Source of the DNA: an uncultured Gammaproteobacteria bacterium | GTDB lineage: Bacteria; Patescibacteriota; Microgenomatia; UBA12405 | NCBI GenBank assembly: GCA_964503465.1 | Contig: CAZCYZ010000001.1 | Span: forward strand, 298,306 to 362,305 | Length of the DNA: 64,000 nucleotides | Direction: 5' to 3' | Part shown: positions 28,315 through 38,850 of the stretch, piece by piece | Numbering within the stretch: the stretch's first letter is position 1 | How the letters are laid out: each line of letters starts with the position of its first letter | Position numbers and translations under genes: made by a program | Notes under the pieces: generated by a model | Told to the model about the DNA's origin: nothing | Databases searched by the model: none | Seen by the model: only the letters and a program-made list of their open reading frames with translations

Positions 28315-29037
28315 ATGACCAAAGCCTACCTTCTTCCAGAACTATCTGTCTTTTTTCCCTGTTACAACGTCGAAAAATCTTTTCCCGAAACATTCAGCAA
28401 AACAATCAGTACTCTTCAGAAAATCACCCCTAAATGGGAGGTAATCCTAATCGAGGATGGCTCATACGACGGCACCAAAAAAGTAGTCACCAATTTAGCC
28501 AAAAAATACCCCAAAAACGTTCGGGTCATTTACCATCCCCAAAACTGGGGATATGGAGGCACCATCAAACAAGGCTTGTTTTCGTCTAAATATCAATGGG
28601 TCACTTTTACTGATTCGGATGGTCAGTTCGATTTTTCCGAAATAACCAAGCTAATTTCCGCCCAAAAAAAACACCAAGTCAAAGTTGTTTTGGGCTACCG
28701 TATCAAAAGAGTTGATCCCCCAATCAGGCTATTTATAGGTTTTATGCTCAAAATTTGGTGTTATCTTTGGTTTGGATTTTGGGGGGTCAAAGATATTGAT
28801 TGTGGATTCAAGTTATTCCACAAAGAGGTCCTCGATAAGGTTGGTTCTCTTAAAACAGATAGTGCCATTACCTCAACTGAACTTCTAATTCGTATCCAAA
28901 GACTCGGGTATCAGTGGTCTCAGGTCGGTGTTCATCACTACGAAAGAAAATATGGCAAACAAACCGGATCCAATTTTAAGGTGATGAAGAAAGCCGCCAT
29001 TGACTCAATCAATCTATGGAAAGCTCTTCGGCAATAA
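28315..29037 (+). CDS. GT2 polyprenol-phosphate sugar synthase (DPM1/GtrB/ArnC-like)
   Basis: LSVFFPCYNVEKSFPETF...VILIEDGSYDGT and TDSDGQF (DxD). Its size and motifs resemble Dpm1. Confidence 0.75.
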   Translation: MTKAYLLPELSVFFPCYNVEKSFPETFSKTISTLQKITPKWEVILIEDGSYDGTKKVVTNLAKKYPKNVRVIYHPQNWGYGGTIKQGLFSSKYQWVTFTDSDGQFDFSEITKLISAQKKHQVKVVLGYRIKRVDPPIRLFIGFMLKIWCYLWFGFWGVKDIDCGFKLFHKEVLDKVGSLKTDSAITSTELLIRIQRLGYQWSQVGVHHYERKYGKQTGSNFKVMKKAAIDSINLWKALRQ

Positions 29038-30437
29038 TCAAATTCTGGCATAAAAACTGGCATATCAGTATCGTTATCCTGATAGCCGCTGTTCTTAGAC
29101 TTTATCAGATAGGGGACTATATGGAGTTTCTGGGTGATCAGGGTCGAGATATGGTTATTGTTCGTGATTTTCTCAAAAATGGGAACCTCTTTTTTATTGG
29201 TCCCCAAACCAGCATTGGCAACATGTATCTTGGGCCATTTTATTATTATCTTATTGCCCCATCGCTTTGGCTTGCAAATTACAACCCTATTGGTCCAGCC
29301 ATTCTTGTCGCTTTAATAGGAGTTGCCACCGTGGCACTGATTTACTTTGTCACCGCCAAGTGGTTTGATCCCAAGACTGCCCTGATTGCCGCCTTTTTGT
29401 ATGCTTCCTCGCCTACTGTTATTAAGTATTCAAATTTTTCTTGGAATCCCAACGTTATGCCTTTTTTCTCCCTTTTATTTATCTATCTTTTTTGGCGAAA
29501 GAATTATATTTTGGCTTCGTTTGCCTTTATTATGGCACTCAATTCTCACTTCTTGGCACTATTGCTGCTTCCTACTGCTTTTGTTATTTGGCTTCAAAAT
29601 CGGAGCCATCACCAATCGTTACGTCCAATTATCATCGCCGCGGCTATTTTTCTTATCTCCTTAACTCCACAAATTCTTTTTGATATCAAGCACCAAGGTC
29701 AAAACATTAAAGCAATCACTGGTTTTTTTACCAAACGCGAAACCACCGTCAACGCCAAACTTTACAAAGCTATTCCCAAATTATTCCCTCTTCATTTTCA
29801 AATTACCACCAGTCTTCCTGCGGCCAGGAATCAACTCCTCGGCTATATTATTGGCACCATTCTCATATTTGGCACGATCTATCTTTTGATCATTTCTGAC
29901 TTCCGCCACTACTTTCTTCTGTGGTGGTACCTCGTCGGTCTTATCGGTCTCGGGGTTTACAAGCAACATGTTTACGATCATTATTTTGGATTTATTTTTC
30001 CAGTACTTTATATAATTCTTGCCAAAATAATCACTAAACACCATTACCTTGGTTATTTAATCATTATCCCAATACTTATATTTTCGGTATCAAATTCCCC
30101 CCTCCGTCACCCCTTAAAACAACTCTCCTCCAATCAAAAAATCACCCAACTTATTAATCAAAACTCCAATGGTCAACCATTCAATTTTGCCCTTATTGCA
30201 AAACAAAATTACGATCCACCCTATCTTTATTTTTTTTATCAATCAGGTAGTCCTGTTTATCATATTAACAACAAGCTAACCGATCAACTCTTTGTTGTTT
30301 GTGAGCCATTCCAGGTCGATTGCAACCCCATCAATCACCCCGAATGGTCTATTGCCGCTTTTGGTTGGGCCAAAATAGACAACCAATGGCAAGTTGACGA
30401 CAAGATTGTTTATCGCTTGGTTCATACTCAACCATGA
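29016..30437 (+). CDS. polytopic GT-C-type membrane glycosyltransferase (PMT_2/ArnT-like), paralogue A
   Basis: 473 aa with at least 10 TM helices. N-terminal loop motif FLGDQGRD. Follows the DPM1-like GT2. Confidence 0.55.
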   Translation: MESSSAIIKFWHKNWHISIVILIAAVLRLYQIGDYMEFLGDQGRDMVIVRDFLKNGNLFFIGPQTSIGNMYLGPFYYYLIAPSLWLANYNPIGPAILVALIGVATVALIYFVTAKWFDPKTALIAAFLYASSPTVIKYSNFSWNPNVMPFFSLLFIYLFWRKNYILASFAFIMALNSHFLALLLLPTAFVIWLQNRSHHQSLRPIIIAAAIFLISLTPQILFDIKHQGQNIKAITGFFTKRETTVNAKLYKAIPKLFPLHFQITTSLPAARNQLLGYIIGTILIFGTIYLLIISDFRHYFLLWWYLVGLIGLGVYKQHVYDHYFGFIFPVLYIILAKIITKHHYLGYLIIIPILIFSVSNSPLRHPLKQLSSNQKITQLINQNSNGQPFNFALIAKQNYDPPYLYFFYQSGSPVYHINNKLTDQLFVVCEPFQVDCNPINHPEWSIAAFGWAKIDNQWQVDDKIVYRLVHTQP

Positions 30438-31909
30438 AATATTATTTTATTATCTTTATCTGGCTTAGTGCTCTTTTTCTGCGCTGTTACCGCCAGTCAG
30501 TTCTTCTTGGTTTTTACTATGATCAGGGTCGCGACGCTTTTATTGCTCGAGACATCATCACCACCAAAAACTTCCCCACCATCGGCCCCACCACCGGTAT
30601 TCAGGGCCTTCATCTTGGACCGTTTTGGTACTATCTAATTACTCCCGGTTATCTCTTTGGTCAAGGTAGTCCTGTTATTGCTTCGTATTTCATTGCCTTT
30701 ATAGAAAGCCTTACTGTTCCGCTGATCTTTATGACTCTCAGTCGATATTGGAGTATTCCATCAGCTGTTTTTACTTCCACTCTCTGGGCGTTTAGTTATT
30801 ATATTATTCGTTCAGCCCGTTGGTTTTCCAATCCCTCCCCACTGCCATTTTTTGTTATCCTCATGATTTTTTTTCTGGCCAAAATAATAATTGATAAAAA
30901 AACAAAATTTTTTCCCTACTTAGTTCTTCTTTTTGGTCTTTCCCTTCAGCTTGAAGCAGCTTCAGCCATTTTCTTTTTCCCGTCAATTGCCATTATCCTT
31001 TTCCTTCACCGGCCAATTTTAAAAAGAATTAAGTTTCAGCAGTACGTTTTTGCCGTTGGCCTGTTTCTACTCCTTCTGGTCCCGCAACTGCTTTTTGATT
31101 TAAAAAACAAATTTTTAATCCTCGGTAACTTCCTCAAATTTTTCACCGGTAATCTCAATACCATTCACGGACAAAGCTGGGCCATTCCCAACAAACAATT
31201 CTTGCTACAACGATTAGTTGAGTATTATCGTATATTTTTTTCCAAACTTGACACCAACCTCACCCCAATCGCCATTATCCTTCTTTGTTTATTTGTAATC
31301 AGCCTCATTTTTACCATCAGCAAATATCGCCACCGGCCATTTCTTCAAATAATCTTGGCTTGGCTATTTGTTCCACTCGCACTTCTCTTGTTTTTCATTG
31401 GTAATTATGGTCGACTCTACGACTATTATTTGACTGGTTTTTTTGTTTCCTTTTTTATTCTTTTTGGTATTAGTCTTACCTCGATCCCTGTTCTTCCCAT
31501 TATTGTTTTTGTTTTGTTTATAAAAGGTAATTTTGTTTTTATTCGAAACTACCTTTCTGCTAACCCCGACGGTCCGCAGCACATTAGTCTTGGCAACCAA
31601 CTCCAGGCCCTAAAACACGTTTGCCAAATTACTGGCAATCAACCATACCTACTCAACATCTATCTCCCCGCCATTGTCCCGACCACTTATGACTACTTAT
31701 TAGCCTGGCTTAATAGTCAAGGTTATTGTCAACTACCTCTTCCAACCGATGACCACCAAAACCCATACATTTTTTCACTTTACGAAGTGGATCAGGACCA
31801 TCCTGAACGAATCGAAAAATGGTTAGATGCTCAAAATGTGGTTTATCCCGTTATTTCTCAAACCCACTTCGGTGGTATAGTAGTTCAACAGCGATCAAGA
31901 CCAAAATGA
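30434..31909 (+). CDS. polytopic GT-C-type membrane glycosyltransferase, paralogue B
   Basis: 491 aa and multi-TM. The loop motif YYDQGRDAFIARD matches paralogue A. ATGA overlap with paralogue A. Confidence 0.55.
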   Translation: MKYYFIIFIWLSALFLRCYRQSVLLGFYYDQGRDAFIARDIITTKNFPTIGPTTGIQGLHLGPFWYYLITPGYLFGQGSPVIASYFIAFIESLTVPLIFMTLSRYWSIPSAVFTSTLWAFSYYIIRSARWFSNPSPLPFFVILMIFFLAKIIIDKKTKFFPYLVLLFGLSLQLEAASAIFFFPSIAIILFLHRPILKRIKFQQYVFAVGLFLLLLVPQLLFDLKNKFLILGNFLKFFTGNLNTIHGQSWAIPNKQFLLQRLVEYYRIFFSKLDTNLTPIAIILLCLFVISLIFTISKYRHRPFLQIILAWLFVPLALLLFFIGNYGRLYDYYLTGFFVSFFILFGISLTSIPVLPIIVFVLFIKGNFVFIRNYLSANPDGPQHISLGNQLQALKHVCQITGNQPYLLNIYLPAIVPTTYDYLLAWLNSQGYCQLPLPTDDHQNPYIFSLYEVDQDHPERIEKWLDAQNVVYPVISQTHFGGIVVQQRSRPK

Positions 31910-32682
31910 CCCCCCCAATAGCCATTTCCATTATTATTCCCTGTTACAACGAAGAAGAAAATCTCAAAAGAGGTGTTCTGTTGGAGATGGATAAGTTTTT
32001 GTCCACTCAGAAGTTTGATTATGAAGTTATCATCAGTAACGATCAGTCAACCGACAACAGCCTTAAGTTGATCCAGGATTTTACTAGTAAACATCCCCAC
32101 TTCAAGGTTTTTAGTTTCCCCAAGGGTGGTAAACCAGGTGCTATCTGGAACGGCCTCCAGAAAGCCAAATATCCGTATTCTCTATTCACCGACATGGACC
32201 AATCCACCCCCATTAAGGAAATTCTCAAATTTATACCCTATTATCAGCAGAATTTTGATATTATTATTGGATCGCGTGGCCTGGAACGTCAGGGACAAAG
32301 TTTATTGCGCCAACTTGGTTCAACTGTTTTTTCTACCATTCGTAATTTTTTATTGCATACTCACATCGCGGATACCCAGTGTGGCTTCAAATCTATGAAG
32401 ACTAACATTGCTCTAAAATTGTTCCCTCAACTGGCTGTTATTAAAAATATTCAAAACGGTCAAGGTTGGCGAGTCACTGCCTATGATGTTGAACTCCTAT
32501 TTATCGCCCAGAAACTTGGCTACAAAATTAAAGAAATTGCAGTTAACTGGAAAAACGAGGACACTAGCATCACCAAAGGCAATATTACTGCTCGATATAT
32601 TAGGGAATCGAAACAAATGGCTAAGGAAGTTTGGCGAATTTTTGTCAATAATCTTAAGGGGCTATATGACTCCCAAAATTAA
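31906..32682 (+). CDS. GT2 polyprenol-phosphate sugar synthase (DPM1/GtrB-like)
   Basis: The start was set at the ATG at 31906 (ATGA overlap). ISIIIPCYNEEENL...ISNDQSTDNS and TDMDQS. Confidence 0.7.
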   Translation: MTPPIAISIIIPCYNEEENLKRGVLLEMDKFLSTQKFDYEVIISNDQSTDNSLKLIQDFTSKHPHFKVFSFPKGGKPGAIWNGLQKAKYPYSLFTDMDQSTPIKEILKFIPYYQQNFDIIIGSRGLERQGQSLLRQLGSTVFSTIRNFLLHTHIADTQCGFKSMKTNIALKLFPQLAVIKNIQNGQGWRVTAYDVELLFIAQKLGYKIKEIAVNWKNEDTSITKGNITARYIRESKQMAKEVWRIFVNNLKGLYDSQN

Positions 32683-34099
32683 TCGGCATTTTTGGTTTTT
32701 ATTGCTTGTTTTTCTCATTCTTTACCTTGTAACGCGACTTCAAAATCTCACCGCCATTCCAGTGTTTGGTGACGAGGCTATCTATCTTCGGTGGTCACAA
32801 ATTATCAAGTCAGTTGAGACCTTGCGATTTATTCCTCTGACTGATGGCAAACAACCCCTATTCATGTGGTTGACCGTTCCGATCTTCAAGTTTGTTTCCA
32901 ACCCCCTAATTGCCGGCAGATTACTTTCAGTACTAGCTGGACTAGTTACCGCCATTACCCTGTACTTCATTACTCACACTTGGTATGCTCCTTTCTTCTA
33001 CTTAGTTATCCCATTTACTTTCTTTTTTGATCGTCTTGCCCTGTCAGATGGTCTGCTGTCAATGTTTGGAGGTCTTTCTCTTTTGTTTTCACTTCTTCTA
33101 GCTACCAACCCCAGATTAGACTTGTCGCTGATTCTTGGGGGAATACTCGGACTTAGTTGGTTGACCAAATCACCCGCCATTTTTTTTATTATCCTTGCTT
33201 TTTTTACTTTTTTAGTCTTCAATTTTAATCCCAAAAAAGTCAAGTACGTATTCTACCCATTAATTTCTCTTTTTGTCGCTTTTTGCATCTACAATGTCCT
33301 TCGTCTTGGTCCTCAATTTCATCAAATAGCACTTCGTAATCAAGATTATGTTTGGCCAATAACTGAAATTCTTCGCCACCCACTTGATCCTCTAAAGCCC
33401 CATCTTTCCGACATAGTCACTATTTTCTCTCAATACATTGGCCCAATACTTGTGTTATTACTATTGTCTCCGCGGCTTTTCTTATCATCACCCAAGTTGT
33501 CCTTAGTCCTCGTTAGTTGGTCAATCTTTCCACTTTTGGCCAATGCTATCTTTGCTAAGGTTTTTACTGCCCGCTACGTCCTTTATACCGTTCCCCCTCT
33601 CATTTCATTCATCAGTCTAACTATTAATCAATACAGATTTAAATACAAAAAATTGTTTCTTGTTCTTTGTCTTGTTCCCAACATTTATTGGCTTTACCGT
33701 ATTTCATTTAACCCCGCCACAGTTATTCTCCCTTCAACTGAAACCGGTTACCTTCAAGAGTGGACTTCGGGTTGGGGGATCAGCGACGCTGCTGGCTATC
33801 TTATCACTCGTGCCAAGGAGGCCAATGTTATTGTTGGAACCGAAGGATACTTTGGTACCCTCCCCGATGGACTTCAAATTTTTGTTAATAACGTCCCTCG
33901 GCTAACTGTCGTTGGTGTCGGTTTAGGCTTTACCCAAATACCCTCAAATCTTCTCAATGCCTATAATTTTGGTGATGAAGTTTATCTTCTTATCAATCAA
34001 TCTCGACTAAAACTTGATTCCTCCGAGCTTCAAAAACTCAAGGTAGTACGCGAGTATCCAAAGCCCGGGAATGATAAACTAGTTCTATTCCAATTATGA
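32666..34099 (+). CDS. GT-C membrane glycosyltransferase, ArnT/PMT family (DE motif)
   Basis: The start was set at the ATG at 32666. First extracytoplasmic loop reads IPVFGDEAIYLRWSQ (DE motif). At least 11 TM helices. Confidence 0.65.
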   Translation: MTPKINRHFWFLLLVFLILYLVTRLQNLTAIPVFGDEAIYLRWSQIIKSVETLRFIPLTDGKQPLFMWLTVPIFKFVSNPLIAGRLLSVLAGLVTAITLYFITHTWYAPFFYLVIPFTFFFDRLALSDGLLSMFGGLSLLFSLLLATNPRLDLSLILGGILGLSWLTKSPAIFFIILAFFTFLVFNFNPKKVKYVFYPLISLFVAFCIYNVLRLGPQFHQIALRNQDYVWPITEILRHPLDPLKPHLSDIVTIFSQYIGPILVLLLLSPRLFLSSPKLSLVLVSWSIFPLLANAIFAKVFTARYVLYTVPPLISFISLTINQYRFKYKKLFLVLCLVPNIYWLYRISFNPATVILPSTETGYLQEWTSGWGISDAAGYLITRAKEANVIVGTEGYFGTLPDGLQIFVNNVPRLTVVGVGLGFTQIPSNLLNAYNFGDEVYLLINQSRLKLDSSELQKLKVVREYPKPGNDKLVLFQL

Positions 34100-35760
34100 G
34101 TCGGGTCTACCTCCTAATTTTATTATTGCTCACCCTTCCTGCTACTGCCTTCCTCTTCAGGCCAGGTGAATATTGGAACATGCACGATGATATGCAAATG
34201 GTTCGACAGCTGGAACTAGAAAAATGCTTACTAGACGGCCAAATTCCTTGTCGTTGGGTTCCTGATTTGGGTTTTGGTTACGGTTACCCATTGTTTAATT
34301 TTTATCCCCCCTTCCCTTATTTTGTTGGTCAAGTTTTCCGTCTTTTTAGTTTTTCATTCGTTGCCACTGTTAAATTAACTGCCATTACTCAAATTATCGC
34401 CTCTTCGCTAACTATGTTTCTTTTAGCTTCGTCACTTTTTGGTAATCTTGGTGGTCTTATTGCCGCTTTGTTTTATGTTTATGCCCCATATCACGCTCTT
34501 AATATCTTCGTTCGTGGGGCTATGAACGAAGCCTGGGCATCTGTTTTCTTTCCCCTCATTTTTTATTTCGGTCGCCGTCTTATTAACAAACCGCAACTAT
34601 CGTCAATCTTTTTTCTGGCCATTTCTTATGCCGGCATACTGCTTTCCCACAACCCCATGGCCTTAATCATTGCTCCTTTCTTTTTCCTCTGGTGTCTTTA
34701 CTTTTTTATCAGACAACCCCGCACTAAAACTATTTTATATTTATTTCTATCCGGTGTTTTGGCTATTTCACTTTCAGCTTTCTACACCCTCCCGGTTCTC
34801 TTGGAAACTAAATATGTTCAAATAGAAAGCATGTTTCAAAATTATTACCATTTTTCAGTCCACTTTACCACTCTTTTTCAATTATTTATCAGTAATTTTT
34901 GGGGTGATGGAGCTTCAGTTTGGGGAACCGAGGACAATATGTCCTTTGCCGTTGGCTATCTCCATTGGATAATCCCGGTTTTAATTCTTGGCTACCTCAT
35001 TTTTTACTCATTAAAAAAACACAAGCGCCACCCACACCTTATTCTTGTCAGTCTAATTTTTACCATGGCCTTGACCACTCTTTTTATGACTCATAATAAG
35101 TCAACTCCAATTTGGTTACTTGCTAAATTTATCCAAAAGATTCAATTCCCCTGGCGCTTTCTTAATTTAAGCGTTTTTTTTACCAGTCTCCTAGTTGGGG
35201 TTTTAGGAAAACTCTCTCGCCCAATCACTATAATTGTCATTCCCGCTCTTATTATTCTCAATCTGCGTTACTTTACCCCCCTCACTCACGGGCCAATTAC
35301 AGATCAACAAAAATTTTCTGGTCAATCATGGACCTACCAGATTACCTCAGGTATTTATGATTATCTCCCCAAAACTGCTCGAATTGCCGCCCAGTCAAAA
35401 GCCACTGAATTTATCGATCAAACAGATCCTAAGACGTCATATCAGTTAACTGGTCAAAAACACGGAACTGACTGGTTGTTCTTCAACCTTTCACTTCCTC
35501 AAACCACTACAGTTACTATGTCTCAGTTAGCATTTCCCAAATTTGTTATCACTGACAACGGTCGCCAAATAAACTACCAAATCGAACCCGAGTTGGGGCG
35601 AATGGTAATAAGTTTGCCCGCTGGAACCCATCAGCTTTATCTTAAACTCCACAATACTCCCGTTCGTACATTCTCAAACATTGTTAGCTGCCTAGCTATT
35701 CTTTTAGTTGTCATATATTTTTCTTTACGCCATTCCACCTCATGGATCAACAAGAAATAA
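34096..35760 (+). CDS. large polytopic membrane protein, GT-C-like (YfhO / PTPS-related-type)
   Basis: 554 aa. MHDDMQMVRQLELEKCLLDGQIPCRWVPDLGFGYGYPLFNFYPP, about 11 TM helices and a C-terminal soluble domain. Confidence 0.4.
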   Translation: MSRVYLLILLLLTLPATAFLFRPGEYWNMHDDMQMVRQLELEKCLLDGQIPCRWVPDLGFGYGYPLFNFYPPFPYFVGQVFRLFSFSFVATVKLTAITQIIASSLTMFLLASSLFGNLGGLIAALFYVYAPYHALNIFVRGAMNEAWASVFFPLIFYFGRRLINKPQLSSIFFLAISYAGILLSHNPMALIIAPFFFLWCLYFFIRQPRTKTILYLFLSGVLAISLSAFYTLPVLLETKYVQIESMFQNYYHFSVHFTTLFQLFISNFWGDGASVWGTEDNMSFAVGYLHWIIPVLILGYLIFYSLKKHKRHPHLILVSLIFTMALTTLFMTHNKSTPIWLLAKFIQKIQFPWRFLNLSVFFTSLLVGVLGKLSRPITIIVIPALIILNLRYFTPLTHGPITDQQKFSGQSWTYQITSGIYDYLPKTARIAAQSKATEFIDQTDPKTSYQLTGQKHGTDWLFFNLSLPQTTTVTMSQLAFPKFVITDNGRQINYQIEPELGRMVISLPAGTHQLYLKLHNTPVRTFSNIVSCLAILLVVIYFSLRHSTSWINKK

Positions 35761-37187
35761 TTTCTATTAAAACAAAATCCACTAGCAGTGTTCTGTTTCT
35801 TACACTTCGCAACATCGGTATCCAATCTGTTTCCCTGATAGGCTTTTTTCTTTTAACCATTCTTTTGGGTCCAGCCGAAGTTGGTTTATTTGCCATAGTG
35901 GCCGAGTCTATTAGTATTTTAGGGTACTTTTCCGATCTTGGCTTAGCCGCTGCCTTAATTCAACAATCCAAAAAAGTCGACCGCCAAGAACTCCAAACCA
36001 GTTTTTTTGTTCAACAAGTTCTTGTCCTTATATCCTTATCTTTAGTAATTTATATTTACTCGCGAGTTCAGTTTCAAAAGTCATATGGCTCAAAAGAACT
36101 TTGGATTTTTGTTTCTCTTTGTTTTTCTTATTTAACTGCTTCACTCAAAACCATTCCTTCAGTCCTTTTGGAAAGGAAACTTAACTTTCAGCTCATTTCT
36201 ACTATCGATATTGTTGAAAATCTCACTTTTTACATTTTAGCGGTTGTTTTTGCTTATTTTGGTTATGGGGGATACTCTTATGCCATCGCCACCTTTTTCC
36301 GCAGTCTAATTGGTCTTGTGATGATCTACCATTATCAACCCTGGCCAATTGGTGTCTCTTTTTCACTTCCAACTCTCAAGTCTCTTTTTCGCTTCGGCAT
36401 TCCTTTTCAAGTTAACTCACTCATTGCCATGGCCAAAGATCGACTATCCAATCTTGTCGTTGCTGGCATCATTGGTCGTGAAGGTTTTGGTCTTTTGTCT
36501 TGGGCCCAGAAAGGGCCTCGTCTTCCACTCTCACTTATGGATGCAGTCATGAGAGTCACCTTTCCCACCTTTTCCCGACTTCAGCACGAACCAAAACTCT
36601 TATCAATTTCTCTCAAAAAAACGGTTTTTTATGTTTCCTTCTTTGTTTTCCCCATTATCACCGGTATTGCTCTGGTGGCCGGTGACGTTATCAATATAAT
36701 TCCCAAATATTCCAAATGGTCACAAGCTTTATTCCCTCTCTATTTGTATGCTGTTAATTACGCCATTGCCGCTATTACTACCCCACTCACCAATGCCTTC
36801 AATGCTGTTGGTCAAATTACTACCACCACTAAATTCATGGTTATGTGGACCGTTCTCACCTGGGTACTTTACCCGCCTCTTAGTATTCATTATGGTTACT
36901 CTGGCACTGCCATCGCCTCACTCTTGGTTGGTCTAAGCTCTTTTGTTGTTTGGCATCAAGCCAGCAAGATTTTTCAGCTAAATATTTTTTTCTCGGTTCT
37001 TCATCCACTACTCTCATCCCTCCTTATAATTATTACCATTGTCCTCATCAATCCACCCCTGCTTCTCAAAGTCTTTTTTGGAATATTAATTTATTCACTT
37101 TATCATTATTATTTTTCCCGTCCAGAAATTATTTGGCTTAAAAACGAAATTGTATGTCACTTCGGCAAAAAATCCTCTTTGCGTTAA
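35742..37187 (+). CDS. Wzx-like oligosaccharide flippase (MOP superfamily)
   Basis: 481 aa with 12-14 TM helices. The LRNIGIQSVSLIGFFLLTILLGPAEVGLFAIV start is typical of polysaccharide-biosynthesis flippases. Confidence 0.65.
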   Translation: MDQQEIISIKTKSTSSVLFLTLRNIGIQSVSLIGFFLLTILLGPAEVGLFAIVAESISILGYFSDLGLAAALIQQSKKVDRQELQTSFFVQQVLVLISLSLVIYIYSRVQFQKSYGSKELWIFVSLCFSYLTASLKTIPSVLLERKLNFQLISTIDIVENLTFYILAVVFAYFGYGGYSYAIATFFRSLIGLVMIYHYQPWPIGVSFSLPTLKSLFRFGIPFQVNSLIAMAKDRLSNLVVAGIIGREGFGLLSWAQKGPRLPLSLMDAVMRVTFPTFSRLQHEPKLLSISLKKTVFYVSFFVFPIITGIALVAGDVINIIPKYSKWSQALFPLYLYAVNYAIAAITTPLTNAFNAVGQITTTTKFMVMWTVLTWVLYPPLSIHYGYSGTAIASLLVGLSSFVVWHQASKIFQLNIFFSVLHPLLSSLLIIITIVLINPPLLLKVFFGILIYSLYHYYFSRPEIIWLKNEIVCHFGKKSSLR

Positions 37188-38839
37188 CTCTTTTTATCTG
37201 CGTTATTTCGCAAACACTACCGATTATTCGTAGCGGCCTACATTATTCCTATGGTTTGGGTTTTTGGGGACCAATGGGACACGACGGCATTTGGCATTTA
37301 GCACTCATCAATCAAATCCGTAATCCATTTCACATCCCCGCACCAAGTTTTGCTGGAGAATTGCTCCAAAACTATCACCCATTTTTTGATATATTCATTG
37401 CCTTCTTTAGTTCCCTAACTCACATTTCTGCCTCCATTTGGCTTTTTCAAATCGGTCCCATCCTGATTTCGTTAGCTTTTCTTGTGTTAAGTTTTGTTCT
37501 GGGGTACCGTCTCACTCATCGTTACCTTGGTGGGATTATATTAGTATTTCTCAATACGTTTTCCAATTCATTCGGCTGGCTAGTTAGCTTGACCCGAGGG
37601 CAGGGGATTGGCGGAGAGTCCTTGTTTTGGTCAATGCAACCACCCTCATTTCATCTTAATCCACCATTTGCTTTATCGATGGTTTTTATTTATTTACTTC
37701 TTATCATTGCCTGCTTTAATCAAAAAAAATTCTCAGTCACCTCTTCGATCCTAGTAGTCACCATTCTTGGTCTATTACCCATCACCAAGGCCTACGCTGG
37801 TGTAGCTGCGTTTCTGTTTTTTGGTTTCTATTCTCTTTATCAACTTATTCAACGGCACTACCGCCCACTGGTTATCCTTTGCGCTTCATTTGTTGTTGCC
37901 ATATGTATATTTCGAATATACAACCATAGTTCAATTAGTTTGATTCAATATCAACCATTTTCATTAATCAACAGTATGATCGACTCCCCTGATCGGTTCT
38001 ACCTCCCCCGTGTCAGTAGTTTTCGTCAAAATATATCCTCATCAAATGTTTTTGACCCCCGATTAATTGTCGTAATTTTGGGATCAGTTTCCATCTTCAT
38101 TGTCGGAAATTATTCATGGAGGCTGTTGGGTTTTACAATTTCTCGCCAACGGATCAAAGATTATTTCATCGGACCAATCATATTGACCATCATTCTACTC
38201 ACTCTTTTCCCCATCCTTTTTGTTCAACAAGCAACTGCTTGGAACATAGTTCAATTTCTCTATTACGCTATATTCCTATCAAACATTCTTCTAGTTGTAT
38301 TTCTTGTACCTCGCTTGTCATCTACTTTTTTTAGTCTCGCCACTATTGTTATTTTTAGCACTTCAATTTTGGCTGTTATCCCCACTTATCAAAACTATCT
38401 TGGCAATCCATCACCTGCATCTCTTCCTGTTGGTGAACTTGAGGCATTAAGTTTTTTACGTCTTCAGCCAACCGGAATCGTTCTCACCTACCCCTATGAT
38501 CCCGAAGTTAAAAAGGGATATTCTAGTACCCCAATCCCACTTTATGCTTATGAAACCACCGCGTACGTCTCCGCTTTTTCTCATCACCGAACCTTCCTTG
38601 AGGACCAAATGAATCTTAACAATTCTGCTTATAACTGGCAGTCTCGACTCGATGCTGTCAACAAGTTTTTTTCTCAACAATCAGTTTTTACCAATCGAGG
38701 ATTCTTGCTTAACAATCAAATCGATTACATCTACCTTACGACCACCCAGGCTAAATTAATCCAACTTTCTGAAACCGCTATTTCGGTCGAAATAATCTTT
38801 CAAAACTCCTCCGCCGTCATCTATCGGGTTAAAAAATGA
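37154..38839 (+). CDS. large polytopic membrane protein (putative polymerase or GT-C-like)
   Basis: 561 aa and multi-TM. WGPMGHDGIWHLALINQ sits in the first loop. A C-terminal soluble domain. No secure family. Confidence 0.35.
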   Translation: MSLRQKILFALTLFICVISQTLPIIRSGLHYSYGLGFWGPMGHDGIWHLALINQIRNPFHIPAPSFAGELLQNYHPFFDIFIAFFSSLTHISASIWLFQIGPILISLAFLVLSFVLGYRLTHRYLGGIILVFLNTFSNSFGWLVSLTRGQGIGGESLFWSMQPPSFHLNPPFALSMVFIYLLLIIACFNQKKFSVTSSILVVTILGLLPITKAYAGVAAFLFFGFYSLYQLIQRHYRPLVILCASFVVAICIFRIYNHSSISLIQYQPFSLINSMIDSPDRFYLPRVSSFRQNISSSNVFDPRLIVVILGSVSIFIVGNYSWRLLGFTISRQRIKDYFIGPIILTIILLTLFPILFVQQATAWNIVQFLYYAIFLSNILLVVFLVPRLSSTFFSLATIVIFSTSILAVIPTYQNYLGNPSPASLPVGELEALSFLRLQPTGIVLTYPYDPEVKKGYSSTPIPLYAYETTAYVSAFSHHRTFLEDQMNLNNSAYNWQSRLDAVNKFFSQQSVFTNRGFLLNNQIDYIYLTTTQAKLIQLSETAISVEIIFQNSSAVIYRVKK

Positions 38840-38850
38840 TAAACTAGCTT

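Noticed and set aside
32483-32665. Extended start (32483) for the ArnT/PMT-like gene
   Set aside because: It overlaps the 3' end of the upstream GT2 gene. The ATG at 32666 gives a short N-terminus followed directly by TM1 and the FGDE loop, as in the paralogues.
37154-38839. Calling the 561-aa polytopic protein an O-antigen ligase or Wzy polymerase
   Set aside because: It is multi-TM with a periplasmic-looking loop rich in His, but I could not identify the Wzy_C signature confidently. It is left as an unassigned polytopic membrane protein.
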